This document shows positions 9,005 to 17,346 of a stretch of DNA of 64,000 nt, piece by piece. Origin of the DNA: Candidatus Magasanikiibacteriota bacterium (lineage in GTDB: Bacteria; Patescibacteriota; Patescibacteriia; Magasanikbacterales; UBA922); assembly GCA_052034405.1 (NCBI GenBank), contig JBPOIO010000020.1:9699-73698 (forward strand). Reading direction: 5' to 3'. Within the stretch, counting starts at the first letter, position 1. Each line of letters starts with the position of its first letter. Under the pieces are notes generated by a model, which was not told the origin of the DNA, did not search any database, and saw only the letters and a program-made list of their open reading frames with translations. The position numbers and the translations under genes were made by a program.

Positions 9005-10077
9005 GCGTAAAGCAAAAGAAAAAAGTACTTATTTGTATGTCTGGCGGCGTCGATTCTTCGGTGGCTGCGCTTTTGCTCGTGCAAGCAGGCTACGAGGTGA
9101 CGGGGGCCTATATGAAGCAGTGGAGTGACTCCAAGGGGCTCTCTGGTGTGTGTAGTTGGAAAGACGATCGTCGCGACGCACTTCGCGTGGCAGCTCATCT
9201 GGCAATTCCACTTTTGACACTCGATTTTGAAAAAGAATATCGAAAATGGGTGGTGAAATACATGTTTGACGAATACCGTCGTGGACGAACTCCAAATCCA
9301 GATGTGATGTGCAACAAATATGTAAAATTTGGTTTTTGGATGGAAAAGGCGCGTGAGCTTGGATTTGATTATCTTGCGACTGGTCACTATGCACAAGTGC
9401 AAAAAGTTGGTCGAGTGGTCAAACTGCTCGAAGCAAAAGATACAGAAAAAGATCAAACATATTTTTTGCATCAACTCGGTCAAGAACAATTATCGCATAC
9501 ACTTTTTCCAATTGGCCATTTGAAAAAAACAGAGGTTCGTAGGCTGGCCAAGAAATATAAACTTCCGACTGCCGAGCGTGCTGAAAGTATGGGCATTTGT
9601 TTCATTGGCGAAGTACCAATGAAAGAGTTTTTACAGCAAAAGATTAAGCCCAAAAAAGGCAAAATTCGAAATACGAGTGGAGATGAAATAGGGGAGCACG
9701 AGGGCCTAGCTTTTTATACCATTGGTCAGCGTCATGGATTTTCGCAATCAGGTGGTACAGAGCCTTTGTTTGTGGTGGCAAAAAACATGAAGAAAAATGA
9801 GTTGATTGTCGGAAATGAAGATGATCCGGCGCTGTATAAAAAGGAAATTGTCCTAGAAAATATACATTTTGTGAGTGGACAGGCTCCAAAATTTCCGCTA
9901 CAATGCCAAGTACGAATGCGACATCGTCAAGCTTTTCAAAAGGTGATTGTTACAAAAGGAAAGAAGTCAAAAACTGTTATTCTTGCATTTCAAAAAGCAC
10001 AAAAAGCTCTTACCCCAGGACAATTTGCTGTTTTGTATAAAAATGCTGAGTGTTTGGGTGGTGGGGTGATTGAATAA
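9001..10077 (+). CDS. mnmA: tRNA 2-thiouridine(34) synthase MnmA
   Basis: MSGGVDSSV, TPNPDVMCN, ATGHY, KDQTYFL, ESMGICF, TPGQ. Confidence 0.97.
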   Translation: MSVKQKKKVLICMSGGVDSSVAALLLVQAGYEVTGAYMKQWSDSKGLSGVCSWKDDRRDALRVAAHLAIPLLTLDFEKEYRKWVVKYMFDEYRRGRTPNPDVMCNKYVKFGFWMEKARELGFDYLATGHYAQVQKVGRVVKLLEAKDTEKDQTYFLHQLGQEQLSHTLFPIGHLKKTEVRRLAKKYKLPTAERAESMGICFIGEVPMKEFLQQKIKPKKGKIRNTSGDEIGEHEGLAFYTIGQRHGFSQSGGTEPLFVVAKNMKKNELIVGNEDDPALYKKEIVLENIHFVSGQAPKFPLQCQVRMRHRQAFQKVIVTKGKKSKTVILAFQKAQKALTPGQFAVLYKNAECLGGGVIE

Positions 10078-10096
10078 TATTTTCAAAATAATTTAT

Positions 10097-12007
10097 ATGA
10101 CTACACATGAAATTCGCAGTAAATATCTAGAGTTTTTCAAGAGCAATGGACATGCAATATTGCCATCCGCGTCGCTTTTGCCGGAAAACGATCCAACCAC
10201 ACTGTTTACCGGAAGTGGTATGCAGCCAATGGTCCCATATTTGCTTGGTCAAAAACACCCAATGGGAACACGCCTTTCAGATAGTCAAAAATCTTTTCGT
10301 TCTGGAGATATTGAAGAAGTGGGCGACAATCGTCATACCACATTTTTTGAAATGCTTGGAAATTGGTCACTCGGAGATTATTTCAAAGAAGAGCAGATTC
10401 CTTGGATGTGGAATTTTTTGGTGGAAATTTTGAAACTTGATCCAAAGAATCTTTATTTTACGTGTTTTCGTGGTCTTGAAAGCGCTGGAATTCCAAAAGA
10501 TACTGAATCTGCGCAGATGTGGCAAAAACTTTTTGCTTCTGTTGGTATTGAAGCAAAAATTGGCGAAAATCCAGAAATCGATGGAATGCGACCAGGTGAA
10601 AAGATTTTTTATTTTTCTGAAAGAAAAAATTGGTGGAGTCGTAGTGGTACCCCAGACAAAATGCCAGTGGGTGAGCCTGGTGGACCTGATACAGAAATGT
10701 TTTGGGATTTTGATCCAGAAAATATTCAAAAATTGCACGAAAACTCTGCTTGGAAGAATGAAGCCTGTCATGTAAATTGTGACTGTGGACGCTACATGGA
10801 GATTGGAAATAACGTGTTCATGCAATACCAAAAGACGGCGAGTGGATTTGAACTGCTTCCTCAACAAAATGTAGATTTTGGTGGGGGCCTAGAACGTATG
10901 GCAGCAGCAGTGAACAATAATCCAGATGTTTTTACGATTGATCTTTTTGACACTATTCGTGGCGCGATTGAATCGGCAAGTGGCAAAAAATATGGCGCAG
11001 ATGCCACCGAGACCTATGCCTTTCGTGTTGTCATGGATCACCTCCGTGCGGCAACATTTTTGATCGCAGATACTGCGGTCCCAAGCAACAAAGACCAAGG
11101 ATATTTTACACGCCGCCTCATTCGTCGTGCTATTCGTTATGCACGAAATCTCAATGTGCACGAAAATTTTTGTGTGTCTGTTGTTGAGGCTGTGATTGAA
11201 ACATATAAGGACGCCTATCCAGATTTGCTTGCCAAGCAGGCACAGATTATTTCTGAAATTGAAAAAGAAGAGCGAAAATTTCGTAATACTTTAGAGCAGG
11301 GGCTCAAAATTTTTGAAGAAATACTCAAACGAACTGACAATAATACTATTTCAGGGCGTGATGCATTTGACCTCAACCAATCATATGGTTTTCCTCTTGA
11401 AATTACAGAAGAACTTGCCAAAGAACGAGGCTATAGTGTAGATATACAATCTTTTGAAGAAGAAAAAAGTAAACACCAAGCACTTTCTCGTGCTGGAGCC
11501 GAACAAAAATTCAAAGGAGGTCTCGCTGATACCGGTGAAATGAGTGTAAAATATCACACAGCGACTCATCTTCTTCATGCTGCGCTTCAAAAAATCCTTG
11601 GACCTGGGGCAACACAAAAGGGAAGTAATATTACCGCAGAGCGTATGCGCTTTGACTTTGCTGCAAACGAAAAAATGACTCCAGAACAAATCAAAGAAGC
11701 AGAAGATTTGGTAAATGCTGCTATTGCACATGATTACCCTGTAACTTTTCAAGAACTTCCTCTTGAAGAGGCAAAGAAAAAACAAGCCATTGGTCTTTTT
11801 GAAGACAATTATGGTGCCGTGGTGAAGGTATATACGGTTGGTGATCCAGAAGGACTTCCACAAGCTGATCCAAACGCTGCAACATTTAGTCGTGAATTGT
11901 GTGGAGGACCTCATGTTGAACATACTGGTACTATGGGGCATTTCAAGATTATCAAAGAAGAAGCATGTAGTAGTGGTATTCGCCGCATTAAGGCGATTTT
12001 AGAATAA
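10097..12007 (+). CDS. alaS: Alanine-tRNA ligase (short form, no C-Ala domain)
   Basis: HTTFFEMLGNWS, DHLRAA, editing motifs HTATHLL and ELCGGPHV; ends at GIRRIKA. Confidence 0.96.
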   Translation: MTTHEIRSKYLEFFKSNGHAILPSASLLPENDPTTLFTGSGMQPMVPYLLGQKHPMGTRLSDSQKSFRSGDIEEVGDNRHTTFFEMLGNWSLGDYFKEEQIPWMWNFLVEILKLDPKNLYFTCFRGLESAGIPKDTESAQMWQKLFASVGIEAKIGENPEIDGMRPGEKIFYFSERKNWWSRSGTPDKMPVGEPGGPDTEMFWDFDPENIQKLHENSAWKNEACHVNCDCGRYMEIGNNVFMQYQKTASGFELLPQQNVDFGGGLERMAAAVNNNPDVFTIDLFDTIRGAIESASGKKYGADATETYAFRVVMDHLRAATFLIADTAVPSNKDQGYFTRRLIRRAIRYARNLNVHENFCVSVVEAVIETYKDAYPDLLAKQAQIISEIEKEERKFRNTLEQGLKIFEEILKRTDNNTISGRDAFDLNQSYGFPLEITEELAKERGYSVDIQSFEEEKSKHQALSRAGAEQKFKGGLADTGEMSVKYHTATHLLHAALQKILGPGATQKGSNITAERMRFDFAANEKMTPEQIKEAEDLVNAAIAHDYPVTFQELPLEEAKKKQAIGLFEDNYGAVVKVYTVGDPEGLPQADPNAATFSRELCGGPHVEHTGTMGHFKIIKEEACSSGIRRIKAILE

Positions 12008-12011
12008 TTTT

Positions 12012-12314
12012 ATGGCAGGAGAATCTGTTCCCCAGAATGAAAAACGTGATTTTTATGATACCTTTTTTGATCGTGATGCTGCGGAGTTACGCATGGGGGA
12101 CAAAACTTTGAAAGTCGGAACCTTTGTAACCATAAAAAAAGAAGGATTTGATCCTGAAATGCTGTATTTTGTCACAGAGCTGCTTCCAGATGAAAAGTAT
12201 AAAATTGTGAGTGAAGTGGGTGGTGTCGGAATGATATTTTCAAGAGATCAATTGGTAAAATTTGATATTGATACTCAAACATTTGGTTCGAAAAAAAAGT
12301 CGGGTACTGTCTAA
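12012..12314 (+). CDS. Hypothetical protein
   Basis: 100-aa ORF tightly packed between alaS and the next gene. Confidence 0.6.
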   Translation: MAGESVPQNEKRDFYDTFFDRDAAELRMGDKTLKVGTFVTIKKEGFDPEMLYFVTELLPDEKYKIVSEVGGVGMIFSRDQLVKFDIDTQTFGSKKKSGTV

Positions 12315-12329
12315 AGTATTTTTAATACT

Positions 12330-13169
12330 ATGTCCCAATTTCAAACAGAGGAAGAAGCAATCAATTGGTACGAATCACAACCACGCGTCCTTACGAAAGA
12401 ATTTATTGATTCTATTCCTTGGAATGAGGTCAAAAATCATGCTATCAACGAGAAGTTTATTCCCGTACTCTTTTATATGCGCGATGTGGAGCGCCTGACC
12501 GAGGTCTATTACAAAGAGTTACTCGCAACGCCATCTGGTCGGAACCCTTGGGTACGACGTTTTATTGATAAGTGGAGCAGCGAAGAACCTGTCCATGGCG
12601 AGACATTGAATCGTTTTTTGGCTGAGCTTGGCTATCCAAGTGAAGAAAAATGGTTTGAAAAAGTCAAAAAAGACATGCCTTTTTCCTATAAAGTTTCAAG
12701 TAAAATTGCTTCGGCTACAGCGAACATGTTTGGAAGTCGTTTTACCCCAGTACATATGACTATTGGGGCTATTCATGAGATGACGACCCTCAACGGCTAT
12801 CGCAAGCTTTGGGAAAATGCCAATCATCCGGTGCTCACTTATATTTTAAGGTCCATTGCCCGCGAAGAGGCCGCTCATGTATTTATGTATTCGACGATTG
12901 CCAGGATTCACCTACAAAAGTCTCAGTTTCGCCAAAAACTTACCGATTATATAGTAGAAAAGTTTTGGACCCCGGTTGGCCAGGGGAGTAAACGTGCAGA
13001 AGATACAAATTATGTTATACAGACGCTTTTTTCTGGTCCAGAAGGTCTAAAAGAGATCCAAAAGTATGTATCTGGTCGCATGAGGGATCAATTTCCTAGT
13101 CTTGAAAAAGCAGCCCAAAAGGTGACGGACCATATGGCTTGCATTGTTTCAAAAACTAGGCTATACTGA
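12330..13169 (+). CDS. Ferritin-like di-iron protein (acyl-ACP desaturase-like fold)
   Basis: DVE...WSSEEPVHG and HE...IAREEAAH give the paired E/ExxH di-iron ligands. Confidence 0.75.
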   Translation: MSQFQTEEEAINWYESQPRVLTKEFIDSIPWNEVKNHAINEKFIPVLFYMRDVERLTEVYYKELLATPSGRNPWVRRFIDKWSSEEPVHGETLNRFLAELGYPSEEKWFEKVKKDMPFSYKVSSKIASATANMFGSRFTPVHMTIGAIHEMTTLNGYRKLWENANHPVLTYILRSIAREEAAHVFMYSTIARIHLQKSQFRQKLTDYIVEKFWTPVGQGSKRAEDTNYVIQTLFSGPEGLKEIQKYVSGRMRDQFPSLEKAAQKVTDHMACIVSKTRLY

Positions 13170-13220
13170 GAATAATCTTTAAAATCAATACTTATTCACA
13201 ACTGGGACCCCTCCAAATCC

Positions 13221-13249
13221 TTGACAGGGGGGAAAAATCAGGATATAAT
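13221..13249 (+). promoter_or_regulatory. Consensus sigma70 promoter for the infA-alpha operon
   Basis: TTGACA-N17-TATAAT. Confidence 0.8.
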
Positions 13250-13270
13250 ACTGCCAGTTAATTTTTTTCC

Positions 13271-13489
13271 ATGGGCAACAAAACTGATGTTATCGTAGTA
13301 AAAGGTACCATTGACGAGCTGTTACCGGGGGCAACCTTCCGTGTGATTCTCGAAAATGACCTTGAAATCATTGCACATCTCTCAGGAAAAATGAGAATGA
13401 ACCGAATCAAACTCGGTGTAGGGGATGAAGTAAAGGTGGAATTAACACCTTACGACCTCAGCAAGGGTCGAATCACCTATCGTTTTTAA
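13271..13489 (+). CDS. infA: Translation initiation factor IF-1
   Basis: [12 protein letters not shown]...[21 protein letters not shown]. Confidence 0.97.
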   Translation: MGNKTDVIVVKGTIDELLPGATFRVILENDLEIIAHLSGKMRMNRIKLGVGDEVKVELTPYDLSKGRITYRF

Positions 13490-13590
13490 CTATCAATATT
13501 AAAACATATTCAACATATCAACCAGTGCGGTGGAGCTTTATAAAGCTATGATATCGCGGCAGTGGTTGGTATTTTTTTGCTTCAAAGATT

Positions 13591-13731
13591 ATGAAAGTAC
13601 AAGGATCGGTAAAGAAACGTTGTAAAAATTGTAAGTCAGTTCGCCGACGTGGTTGTGTTTATATTATTTGTGAAATCCCTCGCCATAAACAGCGTCAAGG
13701 TTCAAATAAACAACGAAAGAGTGCGGGCTAA
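13591..13731 (+). CDS. rpmJ: 50S ribosomal protein L36 (absent from the ORF track)
   Basis: Manual translation [46 protein letters not shown]. Confidence 0.95.
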   Translation: MKVQGSVKKRCKNCKSVRRRGCVYIICEIPRHKQRQGSNKQRKSAG

Positions 13732-13775
13732 TTGTTTTATATAATCCTTAAATTTTTAAGTGTAGAATTTTGTAT

Positions 13776-14162
13776 ATGAGAGTTTCTGGTGTCAACATCC
13801 CTCGAGACAAACAAGTTGTTATTTCCCTTACCTATGTATATGGTATTGGTAATACAACTGCAAAGAATATTTTGGCAAAAGCAAAAATTGCTGAAAATAC
13901 TCGTGTAAAAGATTTGAATCAAGACCAAGAAGATAAACTTCGTGCTTTGATTGAAAAAGAACACAAAACAGAAGGTGATCTTCGCCGTGAAGTTTCTAGT
14001 AATATCAAACGTTTGAAAGATATCAAAGCATACCGTGGTATTCGTCATGCAAAAAAATTGCCAGTACGCGGTCAACGAACAAAAACAAATTCTCGTACGG
14101 TTCGTGGCAACAAACGTAATTTTGCAACCAGTGGTAAAAAACCAGCTGGACAAAAGACCTAA
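13776..14162 (+). CDS. rpsM: 30S ribosomal protein S13
   Basis: RVSGVNIP...YGIG...[14 protein letters not shown]. Confidence 0.97.
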   Translation: MRVSGVNIPRDKQVVISLTYVYGIGNTTAKNILAKAKIAENTRVKDLNQDQEDKLRALIEKEHKTEGDLRREVSSNIKRLKDIKAYRGIRHAKKLPVRGQRTKTNSRTVRGNKRNFATSGKKPAGQKT

Positions 14163-14204
14163 ACGTTGACCCGATACTTAAATATTTAATTAAATGATTG
14201 CTTT

Positions 14205-14609
14205 ATGGCAACAGCTCAAGCAAAAGCAAAAAAAACTACAAAAAAGAAAAAATTGAACAAAATCGTTCCAAACGGACGAGCTTATGTTCAAGCTACTTTC
14301 AACAATACTATTGTTACTCTTGCAGACCAAAATGGTGATGTTCTTGGCTGGGCAAGTGCTGGTATGATTGGTTTCAAAGGACCAAAAAAAGCAACTCCTT
14401 ATGCTGCTGGACAAGTTGTAAAAAAAGTTGTTGACGCTACCAAACAATATGGCCTCAAAGAGGTAAATGTATTTGTAAAAGGTATTGGTGGCGGACGCGA
14501 AGGTGCGATTCGTGGTTTCAATGCCAATGGTGTCAATGTACTTTCTATTAAAGATATTACACCGATTCCACACAATGGCTGCCGACCTCCAAAACGCCGT
14601 CGTGTCTAA
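14205..14609 (+). CDS. rpsK: 30S ribosomal protein S11
   Basis: ATFNNTIVT...TPIPHNGCRPPKRRRV. Confidence 0.97.
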   Translation: MATAQAKAKKTTKKKKLNKIVPNGRAYVQATFNNTIVTLADQNGDVLGWASAGMIGFKGPKKATPYAAGQVVKKVVDATKQYGLKEVNVFVKGIGGGREGAIRGFNANGVNVLSIKDITPIPHNGCRPPKRRRV

Positions 14610-14632
14610 ATTTTTGAATTTATACTATTGCT

Positions 14633-15256
14633 ATGGGTAGAAATATTGGACCAAAAAATAAAATCGCTCGAAGATTTGGTATCAACCTTGGCCTCAAAAC
14701 CAATCCTGTTAAGGTTGCAAAACGTTTGAGTCAACCACCAGGAGTACATGGGCCAAAAAAACGTGGTGGTCCAGCTTCAGGATTTGGAAAACAACTCGCA
14801 GAAAAACAAAAAGCTAAAGTTATTTTTGGACTTCGTGAAGCCCAATTTAGTAAATATGTAAAAGAAGCGGCACGTATGACAGGAGACTCTTCTGTAAACT
14901 TGCAACAGCTTCTTGAACGTCGTCTTGATAATGTTGTTTATAAACTTGGTTTTGCTGTTACTCGCGCTCAAGCTCGTCAAATGGTTGGACACAAATTGTT
15001 TACCGTTAATGGAAAAGCAATGAACGTTCCTTCATATTTGGTAAAAATTGGTGATGTTGTAGAACTCAAAGCAACAAAAGCAAAAAGTCGTTTGTTTGAA
15101 GGACTCGAAGAACGCATGGCAAAAATGGAACTTCCTTCATGGTTGAAATTGGATCTTGCAAAAAAATCTGGAAAAGTTCTTGGAATTGCAGCAGATGCTG
15201 ATTTTGAAAAATCTTTTGATACAAAACTTATTATCGAGTATTACTCAACTCGCTAA
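14633..15256 (+). CDS. rpsD: 30S ribosomal protein S4
   Basis: LERRLDNVVYKLGFA.TRAQARQMVGH...IIEYYS. Confidence 0.97.
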   Translation: MGRNIGPKNKIARRFGINLGLKTNPVKVAKRLSQPPGVHGPKKRGGPASGFGKQLAEKQKAKVIFGLREAQFSKYVKEAARMTGDSSVNLQQLLERRLDNVVYKLGFAVTRAQARQMVGHKLFTVNGKAMNVPSYLVKIGDVVELKATKAKSRLFEGLEERMAKMELPSWLKLDLAKKSGKVLGIAADADFEKSFDTKLIIEYYSTR

Positions 15257-15291
15257 TTTTAGCCGAGATTCCTCGGATTTAAATTTACTTT

Positions 15292-16104
15292 ATGGAACAC
15301 ATATCACTTCCAACATCAATTGAATTCCTCGAAGGCAATACAACAAATGTTGGTAAAGTTGTGGTTAGTCCATGTACACAGGGCTATGGAACAACACTCG
15401 GCAATGCACTGCGCCGTGTTTTGTTGTCATCTCTTCCTGGTGCGGCTGTTGACTCTGTGAAGATCAATGGTGTGAGTCATGAATTTTCTGCCGTAAATGG
15501 AGTTCAAGAAGATATGATTGAGATTATTTTGAATCTCAAACAAGTTGCTGTGAAATTATATGGCGACGAACCCGTTGTCCTTACTTTGAACAAAAAAACT
15601 ATTGGTCCTGTGACTGCTGGAGATTTTGAAAAAAATTCTGCGGTAGAAATCATGAATCCAGAATTGGTATTGTTCAATATTACCAAATCTACTCCAGTTG
15701 AAATGGAAGTGACTATTGTAAATGGTTGGGGATTTGTTTCTGCAGCTGAAAAAGAAAAGAAAAATTTGGACCTTGGAACGATTGTGATTGATTCACTTTT
15801 TACTCCAATCCGTGATGTTGGATATGCTGTTGAACTTACTCGTCTTGGAGATGTTACTGACTTTGAAAAATTGACTTTGACGATTGAAACAAACGGAACA
15901 GTAAGTCCAAAAGATGCCCTTTCTGAATCAACAAAAATTTTGATGGATCATTTTTCTCTTATCTTGGAATCATGTGGTGATGCACGAAGCGTGGCTCCAG
16001 TAAAACATGCAGAACTTCTTGTTGAAGAAGTACAATCAAATGATGAAAGTTCTGATGAAAGTGAAGATGAAAAGCCAAAAGCAAAAAAGAAAGCAAAAAA
16101 ATAA
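15292..16104 (+). CDS. rpoA: RNA polymerase alpha subunit (N-terminal domain only)
   Basis: GYGTTLGNALRRVLLSSLPG, HEFS, IDSLFTPI; ends in an acidic/Lys tail without an alpha-CTD. Confidence 0.95.
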   Translation: MEHISLPTSIEFLEGNTTNVGKVVVSPCTQGYGTTLGNALRRVLLSSLPGAAVDSVKINGVSHEFSAVNGVQEDMIEIILNLKQVAVKLYGDEPVVLTLNKKTIGPVTAGDFEKNSAVEIMNPELVLFNITKSTPVEMEVTIVNGWGFVSAAEKEKKNLDLGTIVIDSLFTPIRDVGYAVELTRLGDVTDFEKLTLTIETNGTVSPKDALSESTKILMDHFSLILESCGDARSVAPVKHAELLVEEVQSNDESSDESEDEKPKAKKKAKK

Positions 16105-16125
16105 ATTTAAATATCGTTTGATTAT

Positions 16126-16476
16126 ATGCGACACAACAGTAAAAAAGTTACTCTCGGACGCGAAGCTGCTCCTCGAAAAGCCTTGATGAGAAATCTTGCA
16201 GAGAGTTTGATTTTGAATGGATCTATCCGTACTACTACCGCAAAGGCAAAAGCACTTCGCAGTGTTGTTGAACCTCTTGTTACTAAGGCAAAAACTGGAA
16301 CACTCGCAAATATGCGAAATATTAAGCGTGTTCTTTTTACTCGTGAAGCGCTTGAAGTTTTGATGAAAGATATCGCACCTCGTTATGTAGAACGCAAGGG
16401 TGGTTATACTCGTGTTATCAAACTCGCTCCTCGTCCAAGTGATGGAGCTGACATGGCGAGAATTGAATTTGTATAA
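16126..16476 (+). CDS. rplQ: 50S ribosomal protein L17
   Basis: MRH...RKGGYTRVIK...DGADMARIE. Confidence 0.97.
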   Translation: MRHNSKKVTLGREAAPRKALMRNLAESLILNGSIRTTTAKAKALRSVVEPLVTKAKTGTLANMRNIKRVLFTREALEVLMKDIAPRYVERKGGYTRVIKLAPRPSDGADMARIEFV

Positions 16477-16483
16477 AATTTTT

Positions 16484-16840
16484 ATGAAAAAGATCAAAAA
16501 AACAATTGAAATCGACGCCGCTGGTCAAGCTGTAGGACGTGTTGCAAGTCAAATTGCCATGGTTCTCATGGGAAAACATGAGCCAGATTATGATCGTGCA
16601 CTTGATACCGGTGATATGGTAAAAGTGATTAATGCTGGTAAAGTTATTTTTACAGGAAACAAACTTGTTCAAAAAGATTACTATCACCACAGTATGCATC
16701 CAGGTGGAATCAAACGTGTTCCAATGCAGCATGTGTTTGTAGAGGATCCTGCAGAAGTTATTCGCCATGCAGTGAACGGAATGATTCCAAAAAATCGTCA
16801 ACGTGAGGATCTCATGAGACGACTCACTATTACCGCTTAA
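16484..16840 (+). CDS. rplM: 50S ribosomal protein L13
   Basis: IDAAGQAVGRVAS..LMGKH...DTGD.V.VINA...GMIPKN. Confidence 0.95.
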   Translation: MKKIKKTIEIDAAGQAVGRVASQIAMVLMGKHEPDYDRALDTGDMVKVINAGKVIFTGNKLVQKDYYHHSMHPGGIKRVPMQHVFVEDPAEVIRHAVNGMIPKNRQREDLMRRLTITA

Positions 16841-16849
16841 TTTTTACTT

Positions 16850-17260
16850 ATGGCTGAAAAGAAAACAAATACAACTTCAACTGAGAAAGCTGTCGGACGC
16901 CGCAAAACTGCTGCTGCTCGTGTTCGTATCATGCCAGGAACTGGTGTTATTACAGTGAACGACCGTGTTCATACTGAATACTTTCCAGTCAAAATCTGGT
17001 CAGATAAGGTCATGGCACCACTCGTGGCTGTAGGACGTGAAAAAACACTTGATGTATCTGTAAAAGCTGCAGGAGGTGGAGTTCATGCTCAAGCAGAAGC
17101 GACTCGTCATGGAATTGCTCGTGCACTTATCAAATGGGATGAAACACTTCGCCCAATCCTTCGTGCAGAAGGCTTCCTCACACGTGATCCTCGTGCGAAA
17201 GAACGTAAGAAATTTGGTTTGCACAAAGCTCGTCGTGGACATCAATGGAGAAAACGTTAA
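16850..17260 (+). CDS. rpsI: 30S ribosomal protein S9
   Basis: GRRKTAAARV...LTRDPRAKERKKFGL.KAR. Confidence 0.97.
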   Translation: MAEKKTNTTSTEKAVGRRKTAAARVRIMPGTGVITVNDRVHTEYFPVKIWSDKVMAPLVAVGREKTLDVSVKAAGGGVHAQAEATRHGIARALIKWDETLRPILRAEGFLTRDPRAKERKKFGLHKARRGHQWRKR

Positions 17261-17346
17261 TCTGTATTTTCAAAACAACTGCCTCAAGCGGTTGTTTTTT
17301 TATCCCTTGCTCCTCGCTGGCTTATTTGATACCATAAGGGCAGTTT

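Noticed and set aside
10097-12007. Short AlaRS as a truncation
   Set aside because: Catalytic and editing domains are complete; loss of C-Ala is a recognised short form
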